From the NCBI GenBank assembly GCA_041493035.1, contig JBGPYB010000001.1, positions 22,999 through 86,998 of the forward strand: 64,000 nt of DNA, read 5' to 3'. The translations under genes and the position numbers were made by a program. Positions 28,540 through 38,600 of the stretch are shown here, in pieces. Numbering within the stretch: position 1 is the stretch's first letter; each line of letters begins with the position of its first letter. The notes under the pieces were generated by a model. The model made no database searches, was not told the origin of the DNA, and was given only the letters and a program-made list of their open reading frames with translations. The DNA comes from Vicinamibacteria bacterium. GTDB taxonomy: Bacteria; Acidobacteriota; Vicinamibacteria; Fen-336.

Positions 28540-29943
28540 ATGAAACGCTCCGGCAATTCTGACCCCAATACCAATGCCTCGGTTCCCCGGAGGAGCTTCC
28601 TGGCGAGCGCGGCCACCGTCGCGGCCGGATTCACTATCGTCCCGCGACACGTCCTGGGCGGCCAGGACACGCCGGCCCCAAGTGACAAGCTCAACATTGC
28701 GGCCGTCGGCGTCGGCGGAATGGGAAAGACGAACCTCGGCAAGTGCGAGGCCGAGAACATCGTCGCTCTGTGCGACGTCGACTTCGCCTTGGCCGACCCG
28801 GTCTTCAAGAAGTACCCAAACGCCCAGACGTACAAAGACTTTCGCGTCATGCTGGACGAGCAGAAGGACATCGACGCGGTCATCGTTGCGACACCCGATC
28901 ACACCCACGCCGTGATCGCCATGGCCGTCATGGAACGAAAGAAGCACGTCTACGTGCAGAAGCCGTTGACCCATTCCGTCTACGAAGCCCGCCTCCTGAC
29001 CGAGACCGCCCGCAAATGCGGGGTCGCGACCCAGATGGGTAACCAGGGGCATTCGGGAGAAGGCATCCGCCTTCTGTGCGAATGGGTGTGGGACGGCGCC
29101 ATCGGCCCCATCCGTGAGGCGCACGCCTGGACCAACCGGCCGGTGTGGCCTTCGGGCAGCGAGGTGGACAGGCCCGGGGACACTCCCCCGATTCCTCCCG
29201 GCCTCGATTGGGACCTGTGGCTGGGCCCCGCCCACGCCCGCCCCTATCACCCCACCTATCACCCCGCCAAGTGGCGCGCCTGGTGGGATTTCGGGACCGG
29301 CTCGCTCGGAGACATGGCCTGCCACATCGTCGACCCGCTCTTCTGGGCACTGAAGCTCAAGTATCCGGTGAGCGTGGAGGCCAGCGTCTCGAAGTACTGG
29401 AAGGCCTTCTTCGAGGAAGCGCAACCGAAGAACGAGATGTTTCCCCGGTCCACCATCGTGCGCTTCAAGTTTCCGGCTCGGGAGGGGATGCCCGAGCTCG
29501 ATCTGACGTGGTGGGACGGGGGGCTGATGCCGGCGCGCCCCGCCGGGCTCGAACCGGGCCGTCGCATGGGCGACCTCGATGGCGGGATTCTGCTGATTGG
29601 GGACAAGGGCGCCATATCGGCCGGCTGCTACGGCGAGTCGCCGCGGCTCGTTCCGGAATCCAGGATGAAGGAGTACAAGCGACCTCGCAAGACGCTGGAA
29701 CGGATCCCGGAGGGCTCCGACGGTCATGAAAAGGACTGGATTCGCGCCTGCAAAGGGGGCAAGCCCGCGAGCTCCAGCTTCGAGTATTCCGGCCCCTTGT
29801 CGGAAACGGTCCTGATGGGCAACTTGGCTGTGCGGTTCCCTGGCCGGGAGTTGTTCTGGAATGGCGAGGCCATGGAAGTGACCAACGACACGGAGGCAAA
29901 CGCCTACGTCAGGCGGGAGTACCGGGAAGGTTGGCACCTATAG
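28540..29943 (+). CDS. Gfo/Idh/MocA family oxidoreductase with TAT signal
   Basis: RRSFLASAATVAAGFT twin-arginine signal, a Rossmann motif (LNIAAVGVGGMG) and an EKP-type motif (YVQKPLTHS). Confidence 0.85.
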   Translation: MKRSGNSDPNTNASVPRRSFLASAATVAAGFTIVPRHVLGGQDTPAPSDKLNIAAVGVGGMGKTNLGKCEAENIVALCDVDFALADPVFKKYPNAQTYKDFRVMLDEQKDIDAVIVATPDHTHAVIAMAVMERKKHVYVQKPLTHSVYEARLLTETARKCGVATQMGNQGHSGEGIRLLCEWVWDGAIGPIREAHAWTNRPVWPSGSEVDRPGDTPPIPPGLDWDLWLGPAHARPYHPTYHPAKWRAWWDFGTGSLGDMACHIVDPLFWALKLKYPVSVEASVSKYWKAFFEEAQPKNEMFPRSTIVRFKFPAREGMPELDLTWWDGGLMPARPAGLEPGRRMGDLDGGILLIGDKGAISAGCYGESPRLVPESRMKEYKRPRKTLERIPEGSDGHEKDWIRACKGGKPASSSFEYSGPLSETVLMGNLAVRFPGRELFWNGEAMEVTNDTEANAYVRREYREGWHL

Positions 29944-29961
29944 AAACCGATCGGCGGCTCC

Positions 29962-30588
29962 CTATCGCGAGACGTTGACTGAACGCTGCCAGTGACCCCG
30001 GCCATCCGGATCGCTGTCGACCCGGACGACAGACCCATCGGGTCCTCGCACGACCCGTCGGTCCCAGCGCCCCGCACCCGCGGTGTCGAACTCCTCGGCG
30101 ATGACCGCGCCGTCGAGCAGATCCTCGGCCCGCTCGGCCCGCCCGTCGCCGTCGTCGTCGTACTCGCGGCGGCTCACGCCGCCAAAGCCATCGGGGTACG
30201 ACCACATGTCCGGTGCGCCAGGAGTGCGCCTCGATGTCCCCAACTTGGCCAGTCTGCCGTCGGGGCCGTAGTACTCCCACCGGTCCACGACGCCGTCCTT
30301 GTTGGAGTCGATCTGCGCGCGGGCGGGAGCCCCGTTTGCCCCGAAGAACGTGACCACCTCGGCGCGCCCATCGCCGTCAGCATCGTAAGCGACGCGATCC
30401 AGGTGACCTTCACCGTCATACAGAGCCTGGAAGCGCCCTTTCTCCACGAGGTGGGGGCGTCCCTTCCGGGGCGGCGCGGGCACAACACCGCATCCCGGCA
30501 GCAGCGCGACGAGCAGGACGGCCGTTCGAAGGCGCACGCGACTCCTGGCCAGAAAGCGTTCCGCTAAACCCTTGGACCCTCTTGGCAA
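29962..30588 (-). CDS. Lipoprotein with repeated DxDxDG-like (Ca-binding-like) segments
   Basis: Lipobox LLPGCG. Repeats: DADGDGRAE, DSNKDGVVDRWEYY, DDDGDGRAERAE, DSDPDGRGHW. Confidence 0.6.
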   Translation of the reverse strand: MPRGSKGLAERFLARSRVRLRTAVLLVALLPGCGVVPAPPRKGRPHLVEKGRFQALYDGEGHLDRVAYDADGDGRAEVVTFFGANGAPARAQIDSNKDGVVDRWEYYGPDGRLAKLGTSRRTPGAPDMWSYPDGFGGVSRREYDDDGDGRAERAEDLLDGAVIAEEFDTAGAGRWDRRVVRGPDGSVVRVDSDPDGRGHWQRSVNVSR

Positions 30589-30636
30589 TGCCGGTGGCTT
30601 CCGCTACCATTCTACTGGCTCCTTCCGAGCGCGGGG

Positions 30637-31509
30637 GTGTTATTGATCGTCAGGCGCTTCACGGCCGCCTGTCTGATAGGTTTTCTTTCGACGTCGCCGC
30701 TGCTGAGCGCTTCCCCTCTCTCCACGCTCCGTGGGTCGCTTCGTCTCGAAAACGGGAAGCCACCGACAGGTCTCGATCTTCGCCTGGTTCAACTCGACAC
30801 CGGTCGTGTCGTGACGCCCCTCGTTGACGCCCACGGGGGTTTCGAGGTGGCCCTCGAGCCCGGCCTCTACGGCATCGACGTGGGCCGACGAGGCTACGAG
30901 ATCGTCGAAGGCCCCAGGGTAGTGTCCGCGGCCGCCGGTCAGATCGTCTCGGCAGCACTGCATGTTGCGCCGGCGGCGGCGGCGCCCCCGGTCGGACCCC
31001 GCATCGCCCATGACGCGGTCGGCTGCATGGCGGCGAGGGAGAATCCCGAGATCGAGGCAGTGATCGAGCCGGCCTCGCTCGTGACGCGCCCCCGCGTCTA
31101 TTTCAAGTCCTCGCGCGAGAACCGATTTCACTACGTCGAGATGCTTCCCGAGATCGGCCGCTTCGTCGCGTGCCTTCCCGAACCCAAGGCGGACGCGGGG
31201 CCCGTAACCTATTACGTTTCCGCTTTCGCCCAGGGCACCGAGAGCCGCACGGCGGACGTCGCGGCGGACGTCGTGACTCGCGCGTCCACGTGTCCGGAAG
31301 GCCGCCGCATGGCCTTGGCCTGTCCCTGCGCCGGCCCCGTCGCGGCGTACCTTCCCGGTGGCGTCCCCTCGGCGCCCGCGGGCTTCTCGGGCGCCCTCGG
31401 TGGAATCCCCGGGGCTACGACGACCGCCGCCGGGATTGTCATCGGTATCACGGCAATCGGGATCGGCATCATGATCTCCGACGCCGGACCGGCGAGCCCC
31501 AGCCGCTGA
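30637..31509 (+). CDS. Secreted hypothetical protein (carboxypeptidase-regulatory-like N-domain, C-terminal hydrophobic segment)
   Basis: GTG start and signal-like N-terminus. LRLENGKPPTGLDLRLV...GGFEVALEPGLYGIDV and a C-terminal GIVIGITAIGIGIMI segment. Confidence 0.5.
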   Translation: MLLIVRRFTAACLIGFLSTSPLLSASPLSTLRGSLRLENGKPPTGLDLRLVQLDTGRVVTPLVDAHGGFEVALEPGLYGIDVGRRGYEIVEGPRVVSAAAGQIVSAALHVAPAAAAPPVGPRIAHDAVGCMAARENPEIEAVIEPASLVTRPRVYFKSSRENRFHYVEMLPEIGRFVACLPEPKADAGPVTYYVSAFAQGTESRTADVAADVVTRASTCPEGRRMALACPCAGPVAAYLPGGVPSAPAGFSGALGGIPGATTTAAGIVIGITAIGIGIMISDAGPASPSR

Positions 31510-31533
31510 GGCCACCACTCCCGCGGGGGTGTC

Positions 31534-33078
31534 GTGCCGGAAATTGACGCCGAAGGCGAGCCCCGGACAGGCGTTCTCTCCGACGCTGCCGCCATGGGCG
31601 GCGCTCGGCGCCTGAGAGCGATCTCATGGTCCCTGGAGATCGGCATCGCCCTGATCGTCGCGCTGTCCGTGATCGCCATCGGATCGGTTCATCCCTGGGC
31701 CTATGTGCCGCTGTGGATCGCCTCGCTGCTCTCGGGCGTTTTTCTGGTATTGCGCGCCGCGGCCATCCGTTCCCTGCGCCGCGTGCTCGGAGGTCGGCGC
31801 TTCGCCTTCCATCCTTCCGACCGCTGGCTTGCCCTCGACGCCCAGTCGTCCTACGGCCTGACGGGTTGGACCTTCGATCTCTCGCGACCGATCTTTCCGA
31901 GAGCCTGCCTGTTCCGCCCAGGGCTCGTGTTCTTGATTTGGGTGGCGCTCCAACTGGTGCCGCTCCCCTTCGACTGGCGACCGGTTTCGGTCTCTCCGCC
32001 CGACACGACGAGAGGCGCTCTCTTCCTCGCGACGGCGCTGCTCATCCATGTCGCGGCCGTGGCCGTGCTCGACCAGCGCGAGGCCCGGGAACGACTCCGA
32101 AGGGTTGTGGCCGTCTTGGGTTTGGCGATATCGCTGGTCGCTATCCTTCAGCTCGGGGCGGGAGCGCGGCGCATCTATGGCCTCTTCGAGCCGCAAGAGC
32201 CTGGCCTCGTCTTTGGCCCTTTCGTGAATCGAAATCACTTCGCCGGTTACATGCTCATGGTCGTGCCGACGTGTCTCGCGCTTCTCGCCCACGCGTGGCG
32301 TCGCTACGACGAAAGGGTCGGCGAGGCGCCCAACTCACGCCGGCGGCTTCTGGCGCTCACCTCGGCCCAGGGCACGGCGCTCCTCTATGCGGCGATCCCG
32401 GTGTCGGTGAGCATCTCGGCGCTCGTCGCCACGACCTCCCGGGGAGCCCTCACGGCCTTTGCGGCGAGCCTGGCCCTGGCGGCGCTGGGGCTCAGGAGGC
32501 GCGAGCGGGGAGTCCCCGTCTGGGCGATCGCCCTTGCATTCGCGGCCATGGCCGTCTCGTGGTTCGGCTTCGAGCGGCTCGAGATCCGCTTCCAGAACGC
32601 GGCCGCGGACGCTCCCGGTCGGACCCTGGTCTGGAGGGACGCCCTTCATCGTATGGACGGCCGTTGGCTCCGCGGGGCAGGCTTCAACGCCTTCGCCTCG
32701 GCGATGAGTGGCGCCACGCCCTGGGCGTTGCCCCTCGGGGCCGAGGCCTGGCCTAGCGAGATCGAGGGGGCCCGCAGGGCCGGCCGGCCGGCCGGCACCC
32801 GCGTTGCCGAGGGAGTAGCGGGCCTCACCTGGTACCGCGAAGCCCACAACGACTACCTCCAGGTGCTCGTGGAAACCGGGGTGCTAGGGCTCGCGTTGGC
32901 TCTCTGGGCCGCGGTGGAAGTTCTGGCCGCAGCCCGGCGCGACCCGTGGCTCATCATGGCGATGTCCGGTATCCTCATGCACTCCACCGTCGATTTCGAC
33001 CTCCAGATACCCGCCATCGGCGTGCTTTTTGTCGTTCTCGCGGCATCTCGGGTGCGTTCGCGACTCCCACCGTGCTAG
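31534..33078 (+). CDS. O-antigen ligase/Wzy_C-like polytopic membrane protein
   Basis: More than 10 TM segments and the periplasmic-loop motif YREAHNDYLQVLVETGVLG. The true start may be the internal Met near 31594. Confidence 0.7.
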   Translation: MPEIDAEGEPRTGVLSDAAAMGGARRLRAISWSLEIGIALIVALSVIAIGSVHPWAYVPLWIASLLSGVFLVLRAAAIRSLRRVLGGRRFAFHPSDRWLALDAQSSYGLTGWTFDLSRPIFPRACLFRPGLVFLIWVALQLVPLPFDWRPVSVSPPDTTRGALFLATALLIHVAAVAVLDQREARERLRRVVAVLGLAISLVAILQLGAGARRIYGLFEPQEPGLVFGPFVNRNHFAGYMLMVVPTCLALLAHAWRRYDERVGEAPNSRRRLLALTSAQGTALLYAAIPVSVSISALVATTSRGALTAFAASLALAALGLRRRERGVPVWAIALAFAAMAVSWFGFERLEIRFQNAAADAPGRTLVWRDALHRMDGRWLRGAGFNAFASAMSGATPWALPLGAEAWPSEIEGARRAGRPAGTRVAEGVAGLTWYREAHNDYLQVLVETGVLGLALALWAAVEVLAAARRDPWLIMAMSGILMHSTVDFDLQIPAIGVLFVVLAASRVRSRLPPC

Positions 33079-33118
33079 CCTCTTGCCCACGAAGGCGATC
33101 GCTTCCAGGAGAAACTCG

Positions 33119-33727
33119 ATGATCCGACGCCTCGCTCCCTACGTGGTTGCCCTTTGCGTGTCGACGGCCGGCGCCGCACTGGCCGACGAGGAACGGGCAG
33201 TCCCCTCGGACGAGGGGAAGCCCTGGGCGCTGGGCCTCGGTCTCGGTCTGGTGCGTTCCAACGACGAGGGAAGCCTCTACCTTTCGGCCAACCTGCGCCG
33301 ACGGATCCATTTCAGCCCCCGGCCTGACGACACACAGAGCGCCTCCACCTCCACGGAGCCGGACCAGGGGCGCCACGGTCGAGTGTACGTGGAGCCGGAG
33401 ATCGGGTACTGGAGGCGTACCTCTGACGACGGCTCGCGCGAGAAGGACCTTCTGCTCGGAGTGAACCTCGTGGGCGTTGTGCCGACCCGGGTCTTCGACC
33501 TCTTTGTGGGCGCCGGCTTTGGCGCGCATTTCTTGGACGTGGGCGTGCTTCAGAACGGAGTGGTCGCCAGCCAAACGTCGACTCGATTCGGAGCCAACAT
33601 TCAGTTTGGTGTCGAGGCCGATCTGGCTCGCAACGTGGGTATCTTTGGTCAGGGTCGCGTCGACTTGCTCGACAAGAAACCCAGCCAACAGTCCAAGGTC
33701 TGGGCGGGTCTGCGCTTCCGCTTCTAG
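33119..33727 (+). CDS. Small outer-membrane beta-barrel protein (OmpW/porin-like)
   Basis: ATG 33119 follows AGGAG. Signal peptide (VALCVSTAGAALA), alternating beta-strand pattern and a terminal aromatic residue (GLRFRF). Confidence 0.65.
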   Translation: MIRRLAPYVVALCVSTAGAALADEERAVPSDEGKPWALGLGLGLVRSNDEGSLYLSANLRRRIHFSPRPDDTQSASTSTEPDQGRHGRVYVEPEIGYWRRTSDDGSREKDLLLGVNLVGVVPTRVFDLFVGAGFGAHFLDVGVLQNGVVASQTSTRFGANIQFGVEADLARNVGIFGQGRVDLLDKKPSQQSKVWAGLRFRF

Positions 33728-34305
33728 TCGAGCAGCCGAACCTTCATCTCGACGCGCCGCCGCGGATGGCCGTCGTCACCGCCCAGCTCGCTGATCGAGT
33801 CCGCGACGGTAAGGCCGGAGACCACCTCGCCGAAGATCGTGTAGTGCCCATGAAGCGAGGGCTGATCCGTGAGGACGACGAAGAACTGGGTTCCGGAGCT
33901 GTCCTTGTTCGTCGGGCAGCGTGCGGCCACCACGGTGCCGCGAGTGAAACTTCGCTTCGAGATCTCGGCCCGCAGGGCTCCGAAGCCGCCGCGGCCGTAT
34001 TCGGCCTGTCGCGCAGGATCCTTGGAGTAGGGATCTCCCCCCTGGATGACCTGTCCGGGCAGGATGCGGTGGAACGTCGTGCCATCGTATCCGCCGCTTC
34101 GGGCCGTCTCGAGGAAATAGCGGACCTGCCCGGGGGCCAGATCCGGAAGGAGACGGATCACGAAAGATCCCACCTCCGTCTCGACGACCGCATCGGGGAC
34201 CTTTCGGGTTTCGGCCGACGCGGCCCAAACCGAAGCGGGCAGAGCCGTGAGCCCGAGGCACGCGACCAGCACCAGGGCTCCGCGCTTCGAGATCATTTCC
34301 AACAT
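33724..34305 (-). CDS. Secreted cyclophilin-type peptidyl-prolyl cis-trans isomerase
   Basis: Signal peptide followed by FHRILPGQVIQGGDP, GTQFFV and FGEVVSG motifs. The start lies 2 nt after the stop of the upstream nucleotidyltransferase gene. Confidence 0.9.
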   Translation of the reverse strand: MLEMISKRGALVLVACLGLTALPASVWAASAETRKVPDAVVETEVGSFVIRLLPDLAPGQVRYFLETARSGGYDGTTFHRILPGQVIQGGDPYSKDPARQAEYGRGGFGALRAEISKRSFTRGTVVAARCPTNKDSSGTQFFVVLTDQPSLHGHYTIFGEVVSGLTVADSISELGGDDGHPRRRVEMKVRLLD

Positions 34306-34306
34306 T

Positions 34307-35557
34307 CTAGCGTAGGCCGGCTGGGAACGTCCGCGGGCGGGCGCGAATCGCCACGCGGCTCCGAGCGGCTCTCAGCAGCCGTCGGGCGAGGTCGAAGGGT
34401 CGAGCGATGCGGAGGGCGGTCGCCCGAAGCGGCGACAAGGGCCGCCCATGAAGAGCCTCGATCTGCCCGCGTCGCGGCCAGACCGCGCCGGCCGCGTCCC
34501 GCACCCATGCGAGAGGCCAGGGAAGGAGCGAAGGTCCGCTCCCGAGAACTCGAAGCTTCAAGGCCCCGCGGTACGTCGGGTCGAGCGCGCCGGCCAGGAC
34601 ATGGGCGAGAAGCGCGTCGGCCGGCCGTCGGCCGGGGCGAAGGGGCCCAGAAAGAATGTCCCCCAGACGAAGACCCGCGCAGAGACCCCAGGCGGCTTCG
34701 GCTTCGCCAGGGCGCACGTAGGCCGATGTGAAACCCACGCCTTCCCCCCAGAGGTCCCGGTTACGTTCGTCACCGACGCCGAGGTCGAGGAGATCCGCCA
34801 GCATCCGCGTCGACGGATAGCTGCCAGGCGCAAAACCGTGCTGCGCGATACCATGGACGAGGGCGTGGGCCGCGAGCACGGCGGGAGTCGGAACGGAGAC
34901 ATCGCCAGGGAGGTTCGGGAGGCGCTGGAGCAGCCCTCGCCGACGAAGGCTCAGGGCACTGGCGAACTCCCGTTCGCCTGGGATCCGCACGCCCGGCAAG
35001 AAGCGGTGGACGTCCACGTTCTCGCCAGGACGCCGTTGGAGCGGAGGGAGCTGGTGTTCACACGGCGGCCCGCCCTGGTCCGAGCGGAAGCCCCGCTGCC
35101 GGAGGGCCTCGGCAACCACGCCGAGGTGAGCCTCGTCCACGAGAAAGTCCACGTCGCTGGCCGACCGCGCATGAAGCTCAGTACGTCCCGTGAGATGAAG
35201 CGCCATTCCCTTCAGGACAACAAGCGGCACTCCCGCCTCCGCAGCGCAGGAAGCCGCTTCCCGGCACACCTCCAGGAGACGCTCGTTGTCGAGAGCGGCA
35301 ACGCCCTGGGCCGCGACCAGGGCGCGCGCTCCATGAGGGCCGGCCTCCGCTTCGAGGCGCGGCCGAGGGGTCCGCGCCGCGATACGGGGCGCCAGGTCGA
35401 GGCGCCGTGCGAGCGCGGCCCCCTCCTCGGAGATCGCCGCGAACGCTCGCGCGTCCAGGGGGCTGAAAGCCCGGAGCAGGACCCAGGCTATCTCTTTGGA
35501 AACAACGACTTCCGGCGGACGGAACCGAAGCCCTCCAGGCACGTTTGCCTCAGGCAT
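34307..35557 (-). CDS. PF14907-like (NTP_transf_5) uncharacterised nucleotidyltransferase
   Basis: VVLKGMALHLTG...RSASDVDFLVDE core, typical of the family. 416 aa. Divergent from the C25 peptidase gene. Confidence 0.75.
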   Translation of the reverse strand: MPEANVPGGLRFRPPEVVVSKEIAWVLLRAFSPLDARAFAAISEEGAALARRLDLAPRIAARTPRPRLEAEAGPHGARALVAAQGVAALDNERLLEVCREAASCAAEAGVPLVVLKGMALHLTGRTELHARSASDVDFLVDEAHLGVVAEALRQRGFRSDQGGPPCEHQLPPLQRRPGENVDVHRFLPGVRIPGEREFASALSLRRRGLLQRLPNLPGDVSVPTPAVLAAHALVHGIAQHGFAPGSYPSTRMLADLLDLGVGDERNRDLWGEGVGFTSAYVRPGEAEAAWGLCAGLRLGDILSGPLRPGRRPADALLAHVLAGALDPTYRGALKLRVLGSGPSLLPWPLAWVRDAAGAVWPRRGQIEALHGRPLSPLRATALRIARPFDLARRLLRAARSRVAIRARPRTFPAGLR

Positions 35558-35638
35558 CGCCCTAGCTTATCATTGAGGATCTTGGCTCCCTCCAGAGCTT
35601 GGGGCCGGGGCCTCCCCGCTGCCCTTGGGAAGTGTGCA

Positions 35639-38600
35639 ATGCGGGGAATGGTTCCGAAACTCAAAGTCGCGGCCGCAGCTCTTCTCTTGGTCCTCGTTTC
35701 GCCGGCCTCTGGACGCGCGGGCAGCACCCTCACGACCGCCCCCTACACTCCGAACGGCAACCAGTCCGGCACCGCCAACGGCGACTACGTGAGCGAGGAC
35801 GCGGCCGGAGGAGGCCTGAACTTGCCCTACCACTTCTGGGTCGAGGTCCCGCCCGGGCTGGGCCGCCTCGTGGTGGACATCTGGGACGCCGACATCGGGG
35901 CCGGGGGTGCGGGCGAGGCGGCCGCGGGCCGCGATCGCGCGCGCAGCGTCTTCGACGTGAACGCGGTCTACACCCTCCTCGATCCAACGGGCGCTACCCG
36001 AGCGACGGTGAACGGCACCAATGCTCTGCCGGCATTGGCCGACAACGCGTGGTTCAACCTCTTCAATTCGGTGGTGGGTCTGACCGCCGGGCACTGGGAG
36101 GTTCGAATCGACCAGTCGACGCTCGTCGACGTGGCCGGCAACCGCGACGCCATCAACGCTTTCGGCGTTCGCGCCCACGACGGCACCGCTGGCGCCGGTG
36201 GGACCGAACTGAATGTGTACTACGATTCCATCACCGACGTCGGCGTCAACCCGCCCGCTGTGGCGGGGCTGATCAACACGAGGACCTACGTCGAGTACCC
36301 CTACATCGTCTCGGGCTGCTCGTTCTTCGAGAACGACTTCGACTTCGACACCAACAACGCGACCGGTCAGTCGATCGTCTACGCCAGCCGTACCCCGGCG
36401 ACTTCCGCTGCCTTCAGCCAGACCCTCGCCAATGCCACCCTCTCAGTGAACGATGTCTGGAATCGAGACGCCATCGCGGGCTGGACCAGCGACTCGAGGT
36501 CCACCGAGTACGGGATCTGGTCGCAGACCACCACCATGCGTTCGTATGTCGTTGGTGGCGCGAACAACGGCAACTACGGCAACCTCTACGTCGCCAACTT
36601 CCAGGCGGTCGCGGGCGCCCCGATCGCGAACCCGCCCGCGAACTCGTTCCGCACCTACATTGCCACCGACGCCGGTGGCGCCCCCGTGAAGCCCTATCTC
36701 GAGCAGTTTCTGGGGTATCTGTCGGGGCCACGGACCCCGACGGTGGGGCAGACCACGGTCTTCACGGTCACCGTACGTGTCGTCAACCCGACGCTCCTTC
36801 CCATCGCCTTTGGCGCTCCGGCCGCCGACATCGTGACGGCGAACGTGCTGAGACCCGTGGGCTCGTTGGGCTATCAGGGCGGCGCCCAGGTCACCCAAGG
36901 GACCATCCTCTCGGAGCCTGCCATCGGCGGAACCGGGAACGTGACCTGGAACCCTGGCCCGGTCGCCGCGGGTGCCACCGCGTTCCTCGCCTTCAACGTG
37001 GCCGTCACCCCCACCATGGCCGGCCAGAGGATTCCGGTCACGAACACGCCTGTTTCGGGGAACGGCACCCGCGCCACCTTCGTCGACGAAACCGGCAACA
37101 CCACACAGGCGCGCGCCACCTTCACCCTCGGGCCCGTCTGCGATCTCGCGGTGAACCTGGCCCTCGCCACCCCCGCCGTGGTGTCGTCCCTCCGCGCCCA
37201 CGACGGGCCGCGTGGTGTCGAGGTGGAGTGGGAGACGGCCTCCGAGGTCGGCACCGCCGGATTCGATCTCCTTCGGTGGGACCCCGAGACCGACGGCTAC
37301 GTGACGCTCAACAAGGGGTTGCTCCCGGGCCTCCAGGGCTCTCCTCAAGGGGGGCGGTATCGTTTCGTCGACGAGGGCGCGTCCGCCTCCGCCAAGCTCT
37401 GGTACGTCCTCTCGGAAGCCACGGCTTCGGGTGAGCGGCGCTTCCACGGTCCGTACGAGGTCCAGGTCGAGACAGCGTCCCCCTCAGCGTCGCTCCGCTC
37501 TCACTCGGCCGACGGCTACGATCGCACGGCTCGACGCCGCCCCGCCTCGCAACGAGCGGCCCGGGTGGCGTCGGCCCTGACGACTCTCCCGCTGGCGGCC
37601 CCCGTGGCCGGCGCCACCGCGGTCAAGATCGGCGTCGAGAAGGACGGCCTCTACTACGTTTCGGCGACCTCGATCGCCGCGGCCCTGGGCTGGCCCGCGG
37701 CGCAGGTCGGGGCCTTCCTGTCCACGCAGCGATTCGCGCTGTCCTCGCAAGGGAGGCCCGTGGCCTGGACGCCGTCTTCCGGCGGCCTCCTCTTCTACGG
37801 GCGCGGCGTCGACAGCATCTATACCCGCGACAACGTCTACTGGCTCGGGGTCGGCCACGGGACGATGATGACCACCGCCGACGGCCGCCGTCCGTCGCCG
37901 ACGGGGCCGGCGAGCTTCCTGGACCAGGTCCACGCAGAGGAGAACCGTCTGCCCGCCACGGCGGTCTCGACCGACCCGGAGTCCGACTATTGGTACTGGG
38001 ACTACCTGAGCGGCGGTCATCCCACCTACGGAAGCAGGAGCTTCCCCCTCGCCGCCGTCGCCGTGGATCATGGTGGCGCGCCGGCCCGGCTGACCATCCA
38101 TCTGCACGGGGCCACCACGACGGCCGTCACCGGCGAGCACCACGTCGTCGCACGGCTCAACGGAAGCCCCATCGGCGAGGTGCAGTGGGAAGGGGTCGTT
38201 CCAGCCACCATCGACGTGCCGGTGGGCGCATCGATGGTCCAGGAGGGACAGAACAGCGTGGAACTGGACGCGCTCCTGGACACCGCAGCGCCTTACAGCA
38301 TCGTCTACCTCGACAGCTTCGATCTCACATACCCACGACTCTATCAGGCCGCCGGCTCGGCGCTGTCGTTCCGCGGCGACGGTCATGGCGTCGTGACGGT
38401 CGCCGGGTTCCCGGATCCGGCCATCGGCGTCTTCGACGTGACTGACCCCGCGAACACTCACCGAGTGGCGCGGACCACCGTGACCGGCGCTCCCGGCGCC
38501 TTCCAGGTGAGCCTCGTCCCGGCCGGTCCGGACACTCGCTACGTCGCATCGACTCCGGCGGGCTGGCTCGCGCCGAAATGGATCCGGTCGTATCGCTCGG

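Noticed and set aside
34448-35638. 5' extension of the 1761-aa ORF (34448..39733), which would make the C25 protein about 400 aa longer
   Set aside because: The extension is antisense to the PF14907 nucleotidyltransferase gene and has an Arg-rich composition. A signal peptide appears only after the internal ATG at 35639, so the real gene starts there.
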